Shown here piece after piece: positions 57,388 to 64,000 of a stretch of DNA of 64,000 bases; position 1 is the stretch's first letter, and the number at the start of each line of letters is the position of its first letter. The position numbers and the translations under genes were made by a program. The stretch is from an uncultured Enterobacteriaceae bacterium. GTDB taxonomy: Bacteria; Pseudomonadota; Gammaproteobacteria; Burkholderiales; SG8-39. The notes under the pieces are model-generated. The model ran no database searches. It saw nothing but the letters and a program-made list of their open reading frames with translations, and was not told where the DNA came from. The stretch covers positions 69,943-133,942 of the forward strand of contig CAYMVA010000032.1 of the NCBI GenBank assembly GCA_964393745.1, in the 5' to 3' direction.

Positions 57388-58611
57388 GTGCTCTACAGCC
57401 TGTACGAAACGCAGCACACGATGCTCGAGCCCTTGCGGCACGTGGCGGAGGCGACGCGCGGCTGGTTCGCGCATCCGTTCAGCCCCTTCGCCTACACGCC
57501 GCTGTCGCGCCGCCTCGCGGCCTCGAGCGAGTTGTTCCTGCGCGTCACGCAGCGCTATGAAAAGCCCGACTGGCGCATCGCCGAGACCCGCATCGGCGAG
57601 CACAACGTCCCGGTGTCGATCGAATGCGCGCTCGACAAGCCGTTCTGCCGCCTGATCCATTTCCGCCGCGAGCTCGCGGCGCCGCGCAACGATCCCAAGG
57701 TGCTGGTGGTGGCGCCGCTCTCGGGGCACCACGCGACGCTCTTGCGCGACACCGTGCGCACGCTGCTGCCCGAGCACGAGGTGTGGGTCACCGACTGGGT
57801 GGATGCGCGCATGGTGCCGCTCGAGGCGGGCGCGTTCCATCTCGACGACTACGTGGATTACATGCGCGAATTCATCCGCCTGCTGTCACCTGATCTCCAC
57901 GTGATCTCGGTGTGCCAGCCCACGGTGCCGGTGCTGGCAGCGGTGTCACTGATGGCGGCGGCGCGCGAGCCGCACTTGCCGAAAACGATGGTGATGATGG
58001 GCGGGCCGATCGACGCCCGCAAGAGCCCGACCGCAGTCAACGATCTCGCCACCACGCGGCCGGCCTCGTGGTTCGAGCGCCACGTGATCCACCGCGTGCC
58101 GCAGAAATATCCGGGCTTCATGCGGCGCGTCTATCCCGGGTTCCTGCAGCACCTCGGCTTCGTGGCCATGAACCCGGACCGGCACGTCGACGCGCATTGG
58201 GACTTCTACAATCACCTGCTCCTGGGCGACGGCAGCTCGGCGGAGTCGCACCGCAAGTTCTACGACGAGTACAACGCGGTGCTCGACATGCCGGCCGAGT
58301 ACGACCTCGACACCGTGCGCGCCGTGTTCCAGGAATTCGCGCTGCCGCAGGGGCGCATGCGGGTGCGCGACGAGCCGGTGCGGCCGCAAGCGATCCGCGA
58401 CACCGCGCTGCTCACGATCGAGGGCGAGCTGGACGACATTTCGGGCAACCGCCAGACCGAGGCCGCGCACCTGCTGTGCCTCAACATCCCGCGCGAGCGG
58501 CGCGAGCACTACTGCGCCCCCGGCGTCGGCCACTTCGGCATCTTCTCCGGCCGGCGCTGGCGCACCATGATCTACCCGCGCGTGCGCGACTTCATCCGCC
58601 AGCACGCATAA
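57388..58611 (+). CDS. phaZ: Intracellular polyhydroxyalkanoate depolymerase
   Basis: The GTG at 57388 has an aggagg RBS 8 nt upstream. The N-terminus VLYSLYETQHTMLEPLRHVAEA is typical of intracellular PhaZ. 407 aa. Confidence 0.85.
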   Translation: MLYSLYETQHTMLEPLRHVAEATRGWFAHPFSPFAYTPLSRRLAASSELFLRVTQRYEKPDWRIAETRIGEHNVPVSIECALDKPFCRLIHFRRELAAPRNDPKVLVVAPLSGHHATLLRDTVRTLLPEHEVWVTDWVDARMVPLEAGAFHLDDYVDYMREFIRLLSPDLHVISVCQPTVPVLAAVSLMAAAREPHLPKTMVMMGGPIDARKSPTAVNDLATTRPASWFERHVIHRVPQKYPGFMRRVYPGFLQHLGFVAMNPDRHVDAHWDFYNHLLLGDGSSAESHRKFYDEYNAVLDMPAEYDLDTVRAVFQEFALPQGRMRVRDEPVRPQAIRDTALLTIEGELDDISGNRQTEAAHLLCLNIPRERREHYCAPGVGHFGIFSGRRWRTMIYPRVRDFIRQHA

Positions 58612-58710
58612 GAAAATCGGGAAAATCGGGGACAGACCCCGGAAAATCGGGGACAGACCCCGGTTCTTCTTTGCCTGGGGTCTGTCCCCGATTTTCCGTC
58701 CCCGATTTTC
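58612..58710. repeat. Repeat family A cluster (two forward units, spacer, inverted units)
   Basis: gaaaatcggggacagaccccg x2, then ggggtctgtccccgattttc plus gtccccgattttc. Confidence 0.85.
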
Positions 58711-58714
58711 CGAA

Positions 58715-58735
58715 GTGTAAAGCGTGACTTTACAC
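58715..58735. repeat. AT-rich palindrome, repeat family B
   Basis: gtgtaaagcgtgactttacac has 8-bp arms and a 5-nt loop. It matches 30579..30597. Confidence 0.6.
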
Positions 58736-58797
58736 TTTGGGCCGCCGGGGCCGCGGCACTTTCGCGCCGCGGCTGGCAAGGATCTCGATCCGGGCGA

Positions 58798-58891
58798 TCA
58801 GCGGGTGACTCTGGATCGCCAATACCCCGGACGGCGGCGCTGGTGCGCAACGGCCACGATGCTCCGCTTCGGGGTGGAACTCAAGCTTCAC
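58798..58891 (-). pseudogene. Internally deleted, frameshifted ParE/RelE-family toxin remnant
   Basis: GTG at 58891 overlaps the antitoxin stop (GTGA) and encodes VKLEFHPEAE. After 1 extra nt, another frame reads IVAVAHQRRRPGYWRSRVTR-stop (58860..58798). These are typical toxin N- and C-termini with the middle missing. Confidence 0.6.
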
Positions 58892-59121
58892 CGCTTGATA
58901 CGCGCGCGCAGATTCTCAAAGACGCGTTCGCTGGGGATAGGCTGCACTTTGCCTTCGTTGATCTCTTGAAGTCGCCTTTGCGCCTCCTCCAGCCAGGCCC
59001 GCTCGACGCCGGAGTCGGCCGGACCGTCAAGTTCAGCAATCAGGGCGCGCACCAATTCCGTCTTGTCTTCTAGACTCAATGCCCGGATCCTGGCCTCGAT
59101 TTCAACGACAACGTCTGACAT
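58888..59121 (-). CDS. Addiction-module antitoxin component (TIGR02574-like)
   Basis: 77 aa, with LSLEDKTELVRALIAELDG...VERAWLEEAQRRLQEINEGKVQPIP. Confidence 0.7.
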   Translation of the reverse strand: MSDVVVEIEARIRALSLEDKTELVRALIAELDGPADSGVERAWLEEAQRRLQEINEGKVQPIPSERVFENLRARIKR

Positions 59122-59184
59122 GATTACCCTCGAGAGTTTCGCCGCCTCTGGCAGTGTAGCGTGGTAGCCCCTCAGCCTCGCTTT

Positions 59185-60639
59185 TTACTTCCGCAATTGC
59201 GACAGCCAGTGTTCCATCTGGCGCCCGGCCGCCTCGCGCCCGCCCAGACCGAATGAGAGCGCGACCGCCACCGCGATCGCGCCGAAGGTCAGGCCGAAGG
59301 CGAGATTCACGATGTCGTCGGCGATGCCCATGGCGCGCAGGCCCATCGCGATCACCAGGCCCCAGATCGCGACGCGTGCCAATTGCGCCAGGCCGGCGCG
59401 CTCGCTGCTCGCGCGCCGGATGGTGACGTAGGCGAGATTCGCCAGCCAGAAGCCGATCACCAGGATGGCGGCGCCCAGCAGCACTTCGCCGCCGAACTTG
59501 ATGAACATGGTGACGAGGTCGCCCACCTTCATGAACTCCAACCGGTGCGCCGCCTCCACCGTGGCGAACAGCATGGCGAAAAACAGCACCAGCACCCGCA
59601 CCAGCGACGAGGGCCGCAGCGTGTCGGTCAAGGTCGCGCCGAGCCCGATCTTGCCCGGCAGGGTGTCGATGCCCATGCCGGCGAGCAGCCGCGCCAACAC
59701 CTCGGCGGCGAACTTCGCCACATACCAGGTGATGACGAGAATCAGCGCCGCCGCCACAAGATTCGGCACTGCCGAGAGCAAGCGCTGCAACATGTCGCTC
59801 GCCGGCCGCGAGATCGCATCCACTTTGAGCGCATCGAGCGCCGCGATCAGCGTCGGCACAAAGATCAGGATGAAGACGATGGTGCCGGTGACGCGCGACA
59901 GCTTCACTGCCTCGGCAAATCCGATGCGGCTGCCGAAGGTGTCCGCGCCCGCCGCAGCGAGCAGGTTGGTGACCAGGCCGCGCAGCACCTTCGCCACCAG
60001 CCAACCGACGAAGCCGATCACCACGGCGCCGAAAATGTTGGGCACCATGTCGAGCAGCTTCGCCAACATCCCCTGCACCGGCTCGAGCAGGCCGCGCAGG
60101 TCGTAGGCGGCGAGGATGCTCGGCACGAACAGCAGGATCACCAGCCAGAACAGCACGTTGGCCACCGTCTTGCTCATCGGTTCCATGCCGGCTTCGGCGG
60201 TGAGTTTCTTGTGCAGCGTGGTGGCGGCGAGCGCGCGCACCGCCAGCGCCTGTACCAACGTCGCGATCAGCCAGGCGACCAGCGCCAGGATGGTGCCGGC
60301 GACCAGGCGCGGCGCATAGCCGACGATCTGGCTGACCAGCTGCGCGAACGGGTTCGACACCTTGTCGAGGTGCAGCGAGTCGAACACCGCCACCACCGTC
60401 ACCAGGATCACCAGCCAGAACACGCCGAGTGCAATGCCCGACTCGACAGAGACCCTCTGTCCGGTGCTGTCCTGGATGCGCGCATCCACGTGCAGCAGCC
60501 CGAGCAGCCGCCGCGTGGCGGCGCGCGCCACCACCGCGATCAGCCAGCCGAGGATGATGATGCCGAGCGCGGCGAAGATCGAGGGCAGTTGCGCGCCGAG
60601 GGTGGATTGCAGCGAACTTGCGAGGGCCGAGATGTCCAT
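59185..60639 (-). CDS. Polytopic membrane protein with repeated conserved TM-helix motifs (mechanosensitive-channel-related family)
   Basis: ATG at 60639 with a gggagg RBS. 484 aa with five or six internally similar hydrophobic hairpins (e.g. VPNIFGAVVIGFVGWLVAKVL and VPNLVAAALILVITWYVAKFA). Confidence 0.65.
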   Translation of the reverse strand: MDISALASSLQSTLGAQLPSIFAALGIIILGWLIAVVARAATRRLLGLLHVDARIQDSTGQRVSVESGIALGVFWLVILVTVVAVFDSLHLDKVSNPFAQLVSQIVGYAPRLVAGTILALVAWLIATLVQALAVRALAATTLHKKLTAEAGMEPMSKTVANVLFWLVILLFVPSILAAYDLRGLLEPVQGMLAKLLDMVPNIFGAVVIGFVGWLVAKVLRGLVTNLLAAAGADTFGSRIGFAEAVKLSRVTGTIVFILIFVPTLIAALDALKVDAISRPASDMLQRLLSAVPNLVAAALILVITWYVAKFAAEVLARLLAGMGIDTLPGKIGLGATLTDTLRPSSLVRVLVLFFAMLFATVEAAHRLEFMKVGDLVTMFIKFGGEVLLGAAILVIGFWLANLAYVTIRRASSERAGLAQLARVAIWGLVIAMGLRAMGIADDIVNLAFGLTFGAIAVAVALSFGLGGREAAGRQMEHWLSQLRK

Positions 60640-60651
60640 GTCGCCTCCCTT

Positions 60652-60737
60652 GGAAATCGGGAAAATCGGGGACAGACCCCAAGCGAGAAAACCGGGGTCT
60701 GTCCCCAACGAGAACCGGGGTCTGTCCCCGATCTTCC
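60652..60737. repeat. Repeat family A element (MITE-like)
   Basis: ggaaatcgg gaaaatcggggacagacccc aagcgagaaaacc ggggtctgtcccc aacgagaacc ggggtctgtccccgatcttcc. Confidence 0.85.
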
Positions 60738-60749
60738 TACCTTACGCCG

Positions 60750-61256
60750 CTATCGGGGCGGCGGCAAACGGCTGCCTGCGCGCGCGGCCAGCCAGAGCGC
60801 GTACAACGCCAGCGCTGCGAACCATGCGAGCGACCACTCGGCGATCGACAAGCCGAGGAAAGTCCAGCCGACCTCGGCGCACTGCCCCGAGCCGGCGAAC
60901 AGCTTTTCCAGGGTGCGCGCGAGCGGCAGGTTCTCGAGCATGAAGAACAGGTCCGGGCCGCAGGGCGGGATCTTGTCCGGGGGGAGGTGCTGCAGCCACA
61001 CCTGGCGCGCCGCGGTCGCGGCGCCGCCGGCGGCGAAGGCGAATGCCGCGATCGAGTAGGCGATGCCGCCGGCGCGTCCCGGCGCATGCAGCGCGGCGAC
61101 GGCGAGCACTGCAAGCACCGCGTAATAGAAACCGCGCTGCACCAGGCATAGCGGGCAGGGTTCCTGGCCGCCGAAGTACTGCAGGTAATAGCCCGAGGCG
61201 AGCAATGCCGCGCAAACAGCAGCGCCGGCGGCGTATCGGGCGCGAGGAGTGATCAT
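60750..61256 (-). CDS. dsbB: Disulfide bond formation protein B
   Basis: 168 aa with four TM helices, the CPLC pair and a second Cys pair in the periplasmic loop. ATGA overlap with the upstream gene. Confidence 0.85.
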   Translation of the reverse strand: MITPRARYAAGAAVCAALLASGYYLQYFGGQEPCPLCLVQRGFYYAVLAVLAVAALHAPGRAGGIAYSIAAFAFAAGGAATAARQVWLQHLPPDKIPPCGPDLFFMLENLPLARTLEKLFAGSGQCAEVGWTFLGLSIAEWSLAWFAALALYALWLAARAGSRLPPPR

Positions 61257-62239
61257 GCCTGCGGCGGCGCGATCTTCTGGTCGATGGCGCCGAAGATCGA
61301 CATTCCATCGGCGCCGCTCATCTCGATGCGCACGCGGTCGCCGTAGCTGAGGAATGGCGTCTTGGGCTTGCCGCCGGCGATGATTTCCTCGGCGCGGCGC
61401 TCGAACAGGCACCCGGCACCCGTCTTGCGGTCGCGGTTGGACACGGTGCCCGAGCCGACGATGGTGCCGGTGCCGAGCGGCCGCGTTTTCGCCGCGTGCG
61501 CGATCAGGCGCGCGAAATCGAACTGCATGTCCTTGCCGGCGTCGGGCTCGCCGAGCAGCTTGCCGTTCACCCACGCGCGCACCTGGCCGTGCAGCCGCCT
61601 GCCGTCCCAGGCCTCGCCCAGCTCGTCCGGCGTCACGGCGCACGGCGAGAACGAGGAAGGCGGCTTGGAATGGAAAAAGCCGAAGCCCTTGGCGAGATCG
61701 GCCGGCACCAGGTTCCTGAGGCTGACATCGTTCATCAGCATCACCAGGCGGATCGCCTCGGCCGCCTGTCCGCGATCCGCGCCCATCGGCACGTCGCCCG
61801 TGATCACGGCGAGCTCCATCTCGAGGTCGATGCCGTGCTCCTCGGTCGCGACCACCACGTCGTCGCAAGGGCCGAGCAGGGCGTCGGAGCAGCCTTGGTA
61901 CATGAAGGGCTCGCGCTTCGCGTCCTCGGGCATCTGCTGGCCGCGCGAGCGCCGGATCAACTCTGCATGCACCAAGTAGGCCGAGCCGTCGGCGAACTGG
62001 TAGGCGCGCGGCAGCGGCGCCATCAGTGCCGCGGGGTCGAGCTCGAAGGCACGCGCCGCGTGCCCGGCGTCGAGCGCGGCGGCGAGATCCGCGAGCTGCG
62101 GCGCGCAGTAGGACCAATCATCCAGCGCTGCCTGCAGTGTTGGCGCGACGTGGTCGGCCTTCAGGGCGCGCTTCAGGTCACGCGATGCGACCAGCAACGT
62201 GCCGTCGCGCGTGCCGTCTTTAAGAGTTGCTAGTTTCAT
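61253..62239 (-). CDS. Fumarylacetoacetate hydrolase (FAH) family protein
   Basis: 328 aa from the ATG at 62239, with MKLATLKDGTRDGTLLVASRDL and the FAH-type core GTIVGSGTVSN. Confidence 0.85.
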   Translation of the reverse strand: MKLATLKDGTRDGTLLVASRDLKRALKADHVAPTLQAALDDWSYCAPQLADLAAALDAGHAARAFELDPAALMAPLPRAYQFADGSAYLVHAELIRRSRGQQMPEDAKREPFMYQGCSDALLGPCDDVVVATEEHGIDLEMELAVITGDVPMGADRGQAAEAIRLVMLMNDVSLRNLVPADLAKGFGFFHSKPPSSFSPCAVTPDELGEAWDGRRLHGQVRAWVNGKLLGEPDAGKDMQFDFARLIAHAAKTRPLGTGTIVGSGTVSNRDRKTGAGCLFERRAEEIIAGGKPKTPFLSYGDRVRIEMSGADGMSIFGAIDQKIAPPQA

Positions 62240-62253
62240 AGAGAGGATTGGCG

Positions 62254-62327
62254 GAAATCGGGGACAGACCCCAAGCGAGAGAACCGGGGTCTGTCCCCGA
62301 TTTCCGGGGTCTGTCCCCGATTTTTTT
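62254..62327. repeat. Repeat family A element (MITE-like), same spacer as 60652..60737
   Basis: ggaaatcggggacagacccc aagcgagagaacc ggggtctgtccccgatttcc ggggtctgtccccgattttt. Confidence 0.85.
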
Positions 62328-62328
62328 A

Positions 62329-62928
62329 TTATCTCAAAAATGCCTGCGCCGCCTGCGCTGCGACCTGGTCGAGCGTCAGGCGGCCGCCTTCGCGGTACCA
62401 CTGGCCGGCCCAGTTCACCGCGCCGAGCACCAGCAGGCGCGCGAGCTGCGCGTCGCCCGGAATGTGCCCGGCGCGCGCCAGCTCGTCCACCATGCGCTGC
62501 CAGAGCGCGTCGTAGCGGTCCTTGAGCGCGATGATGCGGCGGCGGTTGGCCGGGGTGAGCGAGCGCCACTCGTACAGCAGCACAGGGATGAAGTCGTTGC
62601 CTGCCTCGAGGATGGTGCCGAGGTGCGCGCGCACCAGGCGCTTGAACTTCTCCTCCGGCGGCGCCGGCGCCGCCATCACCGCCTCGATGCGCTGCAGGCC
62701 CTCGTCCAGGCCCTGCTCCATCACCGCCACCAGCATCTCCTGCTTGCTGCGGAAGTGGTAGAACGGGCTGCCCGAGTGCATGCCGGCCGCAGAGGAAATG
62801 TCGCGGATGGTGGTGCCGTCGAACCCCTTGTCGCGGAACAGCCGCGCGCACACGCGCAGCAATTCCGGGCGCCGGTTGCCGTCGCCGTTCTGCGGCCGGC
62901 GCGCGCGGGCCTTTTTCTCCGCCTTCAT
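62329..62928 (-). CDS. TetR-family transcriptional regulator
   Basis: HTH region FDGTTIRDISSAAGMHSGSPFYHFRSKQEML. 199 aa. Confidence 0.9.
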   Translation of the reverse strand: MKAEKKARARRPQNGDGNRRPELLRVCARLFRDKGFDGTTIRDISSAAGMHSGSPFYHFRSKQEMLVAVMEQGLDEGLQRIEAVMAAPAPPEEKFKRLVRAHLGTILEAGNDFIPVLLYEWRSLTPANRRRIIALKDRYDALWQRMVDELARAGHIPGDAQLARLLVLGAVNWAGQWYREGGRLTLDQVAAQAAQAFLR

Positions 62929-63266
62929 CGCTTGCTCAGGCGCGGCAGATCAGCCGGCGCCTCGATCTCCATCCTGAGGAGCTGCGCAGCGACGTTCTTG
63001 CCGAGGTTGTCCATGCGCAGCGACCTCGCGGCGCCGCCCTGGAGCGCCGAATTGAGCACGATCTTGAGCGCGAGAAGGTTGTCGAGCGGCCAGAGCTCCA
63101 CCGGTCCTTGAGCGATGGCGGCAAAGTGCGCCGCGAGGCGCTCCTTGGTCACCTCGCGCTTGAGCACCGCGTAGGTCGGGGCGTCGTAGGCGAACAAGCC
63201 GATGTCGGCGCGGTCGGCCTTGTCGCCGGAGCGCGCGTGGGCGATCTTCCACAGCGGCACTCTCAC
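62925..63266 (-). CDS. Small DUF4387-like protein (partner of AtuA/DUF1446 proteins)
   Basis: GTG at 63266 overlaps the upstream stop (GTGA). It contains IAHARSGDKADRADIGLF. 113 aa. Confidence 0.6.
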   Translation of the reverse strand: MRVPLWKIAHARSGDKADRADIGLFAYDAPTYAVLKREVTKERLAAHFAAIAQGPVELWPLDNLLALKIVLNSALQGGAARSLRMDNLGKNVAAQLLRMEIEAPADLPRLSKR

Positions 63267-64000
63267 CCGATCTCCTCCACGCTCACCTCGACCTTCGATT
63301 CGATGAGCTCGCGTTTTGCCAGCGTCGGCCAGATGCCGAGCAGCTGCTTCGCGCCCTGCACGCCCTTCATGCTGCCGACGTACGGCGGGCCGGACAGGCC
63401 AAGCCACGGAAACAGCCGCCCGAACGCGTCGGCGATCTTCTTGTCCTGCGTGCGCATGGTCATGCGCAGGAAGCACTCGTTCAACTGGTCGCGGTAAGTC
63501 GGGTCGGCGTTCGCTCCCAGCAGCGAGTTGTAGCCGATGTACTCGACGTTCATGTCCTCCACTGACCAGCCGCGCTCGGTGACCAGCGTGCGGATGATCT
63601 CGGCCGCCTTCTCGCACTTGGCGTAGGCCTCGGGCCACGCAAAGCCGATGATGCCGCTGCCCATCCAGGCGTCGTGATAGCCGGCGACGATCTTGAGCTT
63701 GGCTGGTCGCGCCGCACCGCTCGCGCCGCGCACCCGCACGCGGTCGCTGCCCTGGTCGTCGAACTGGATCGCGCCCATGTCGAGCACCACGTCGGGCGAG
63801 AAGTAGGCGTGCGGGTTATGCACCTCGTAGAGCAGTTGCTGTCGCAGCGTGTCGAAGGAGACGCGGCCGCCGGTGCCGGGCGCCTTGGTGAACAGGGCGC
63901 TCGCGTCCTCGCTCACCTCGGCGATCGGGTAGCCCAAGTGGGCGTAGTCCGGAATGTCGGCCCACTCAGTGGCCGAGCCGAAATTGCCGCCCGAGCCCTG
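63263..64000 (-). CDS. AtuA-like (DUF1446) protein, C-terminal part; the gene runs off the window
   Basis: The reading frame stays open to position 64000. The sequence (LYEVHNPHAYFSPDVVLD...) is as I recall for acyclic-terpene-utilisation AtuA homologues. Confidence 0.7.
   Translation of the reverse strand, partial: QGSGGNFGSATEWADIPDYAHLGYPIAEVSEDASALFTKAPGTGGRVSFDTLRQQLLYEVHNPHAYFSPDVVLDMGAIQFDDQGSDRVRVRGASGAARPAKLKIVAGYHDAWMGSGIIGFAWPEAYAKCEKAAEIIRTLVTERGWSVEDMNVEYIGYNSLLGANADPTYRDQLNECFLRMTMRTQDKKIADAFGRLFPWLGLSGPPYVGSMKGVQGAKQLLGIWPTLAKRELIESKVEVSVEEIG

Noticed and set aside
58572-58850. 92-aa minus-strand ORF downstream of the antitoxin as the toxin gene.
   Set aside because: Most of it is translated repeat sequence. 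The genuine toxin signal is the two short fragments at 58798..58891, in different frames.
57201-62327. Possible CRISPR array suggested by recurrent units of about 20 nt.
   Set aside because: The units occur in both orientations and form hairpins. Spacing is irregular, the clusters are separated by whole genes, and no cas genes are present.

Overview
This is a 64-kb high-GC chromosomal segment. The lines I hand-counted are mostly about 65-72% GC. Gene content suggests a betaproteobacterium, but that is inference only. I can support about 60 protein-coding genes, one tRNA, several terminators, two intergenic repeat families, one toxin pseudogene and one recent gene insertion. I found no rRNA, CRISPR array, transposase or integrase.

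Layout:
- 1-9.4 kb: a liv-type ABC transporter operon (minus strand), a DegS/AlgW-like protease, petABC (cytochrome bc1), sspAB, tRNA-Thr(UGU) and cspA.
- 9.5-14.8 kb: an operon of CofD-like, MoxR, DUF58 and transglutaminase genes.
- 14.8-30.5 kb: mixed metabolism and signalling. It holds fadH, an amidohydrolase, a dehydrogenase, a paaK / AraC-MGMT / EamA operon, paaY, a crotonase, an HD-GYP plus degenerate GGDEF-EAL pair, an MFS transporter, TerC and fadD.
- 30.6-51.7 kb: the accessory-looking core.
  - An isolated AAA/DUF4143-type ATPase gene.
  - A tightly coupled 10-gene non-canonical type II secretion-like operon (G-F-E-L'-N'-M'-secretin plus three pseudopilins).
  - A divergent operon encoding a GspC/PilP-like protein with a cohesin-like C-terminus, a signal-peptide CHAT (caspase-like) TPR protein and a DUF928 protein.
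  - A convergent operon encoding an orphan lower-GC 18-cysteine secreted protein, a TpsA exoprotein and its TpsB transporter.
- 51.8-64 kb: an EamA transporter, a CHASE2 adenylate/guanylate cyclase gene sitting between two perfect 38-bp direct repeats (an insertion), a penicillin/AHL-acylase family gene, phaZ, an orphan antitoxin beside an internally deleted ParE/RelE toxin remnant, a multi-TM-repeat membrane protein, dsbB, an FAH-family hydrolase, a TetR regulator and an atuA-like pair.

The best candidate for an undescribed system is the linked T2SS-like, cohesin, CHAT, DUF928, TPS and Cys-rich gene block at 31.9-51.7 kb.

Limits: all functional calls come from motif and family recognition by eye. 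Many start codons are inferred, often from 4-nt start/stop overlaps. No database search was run.
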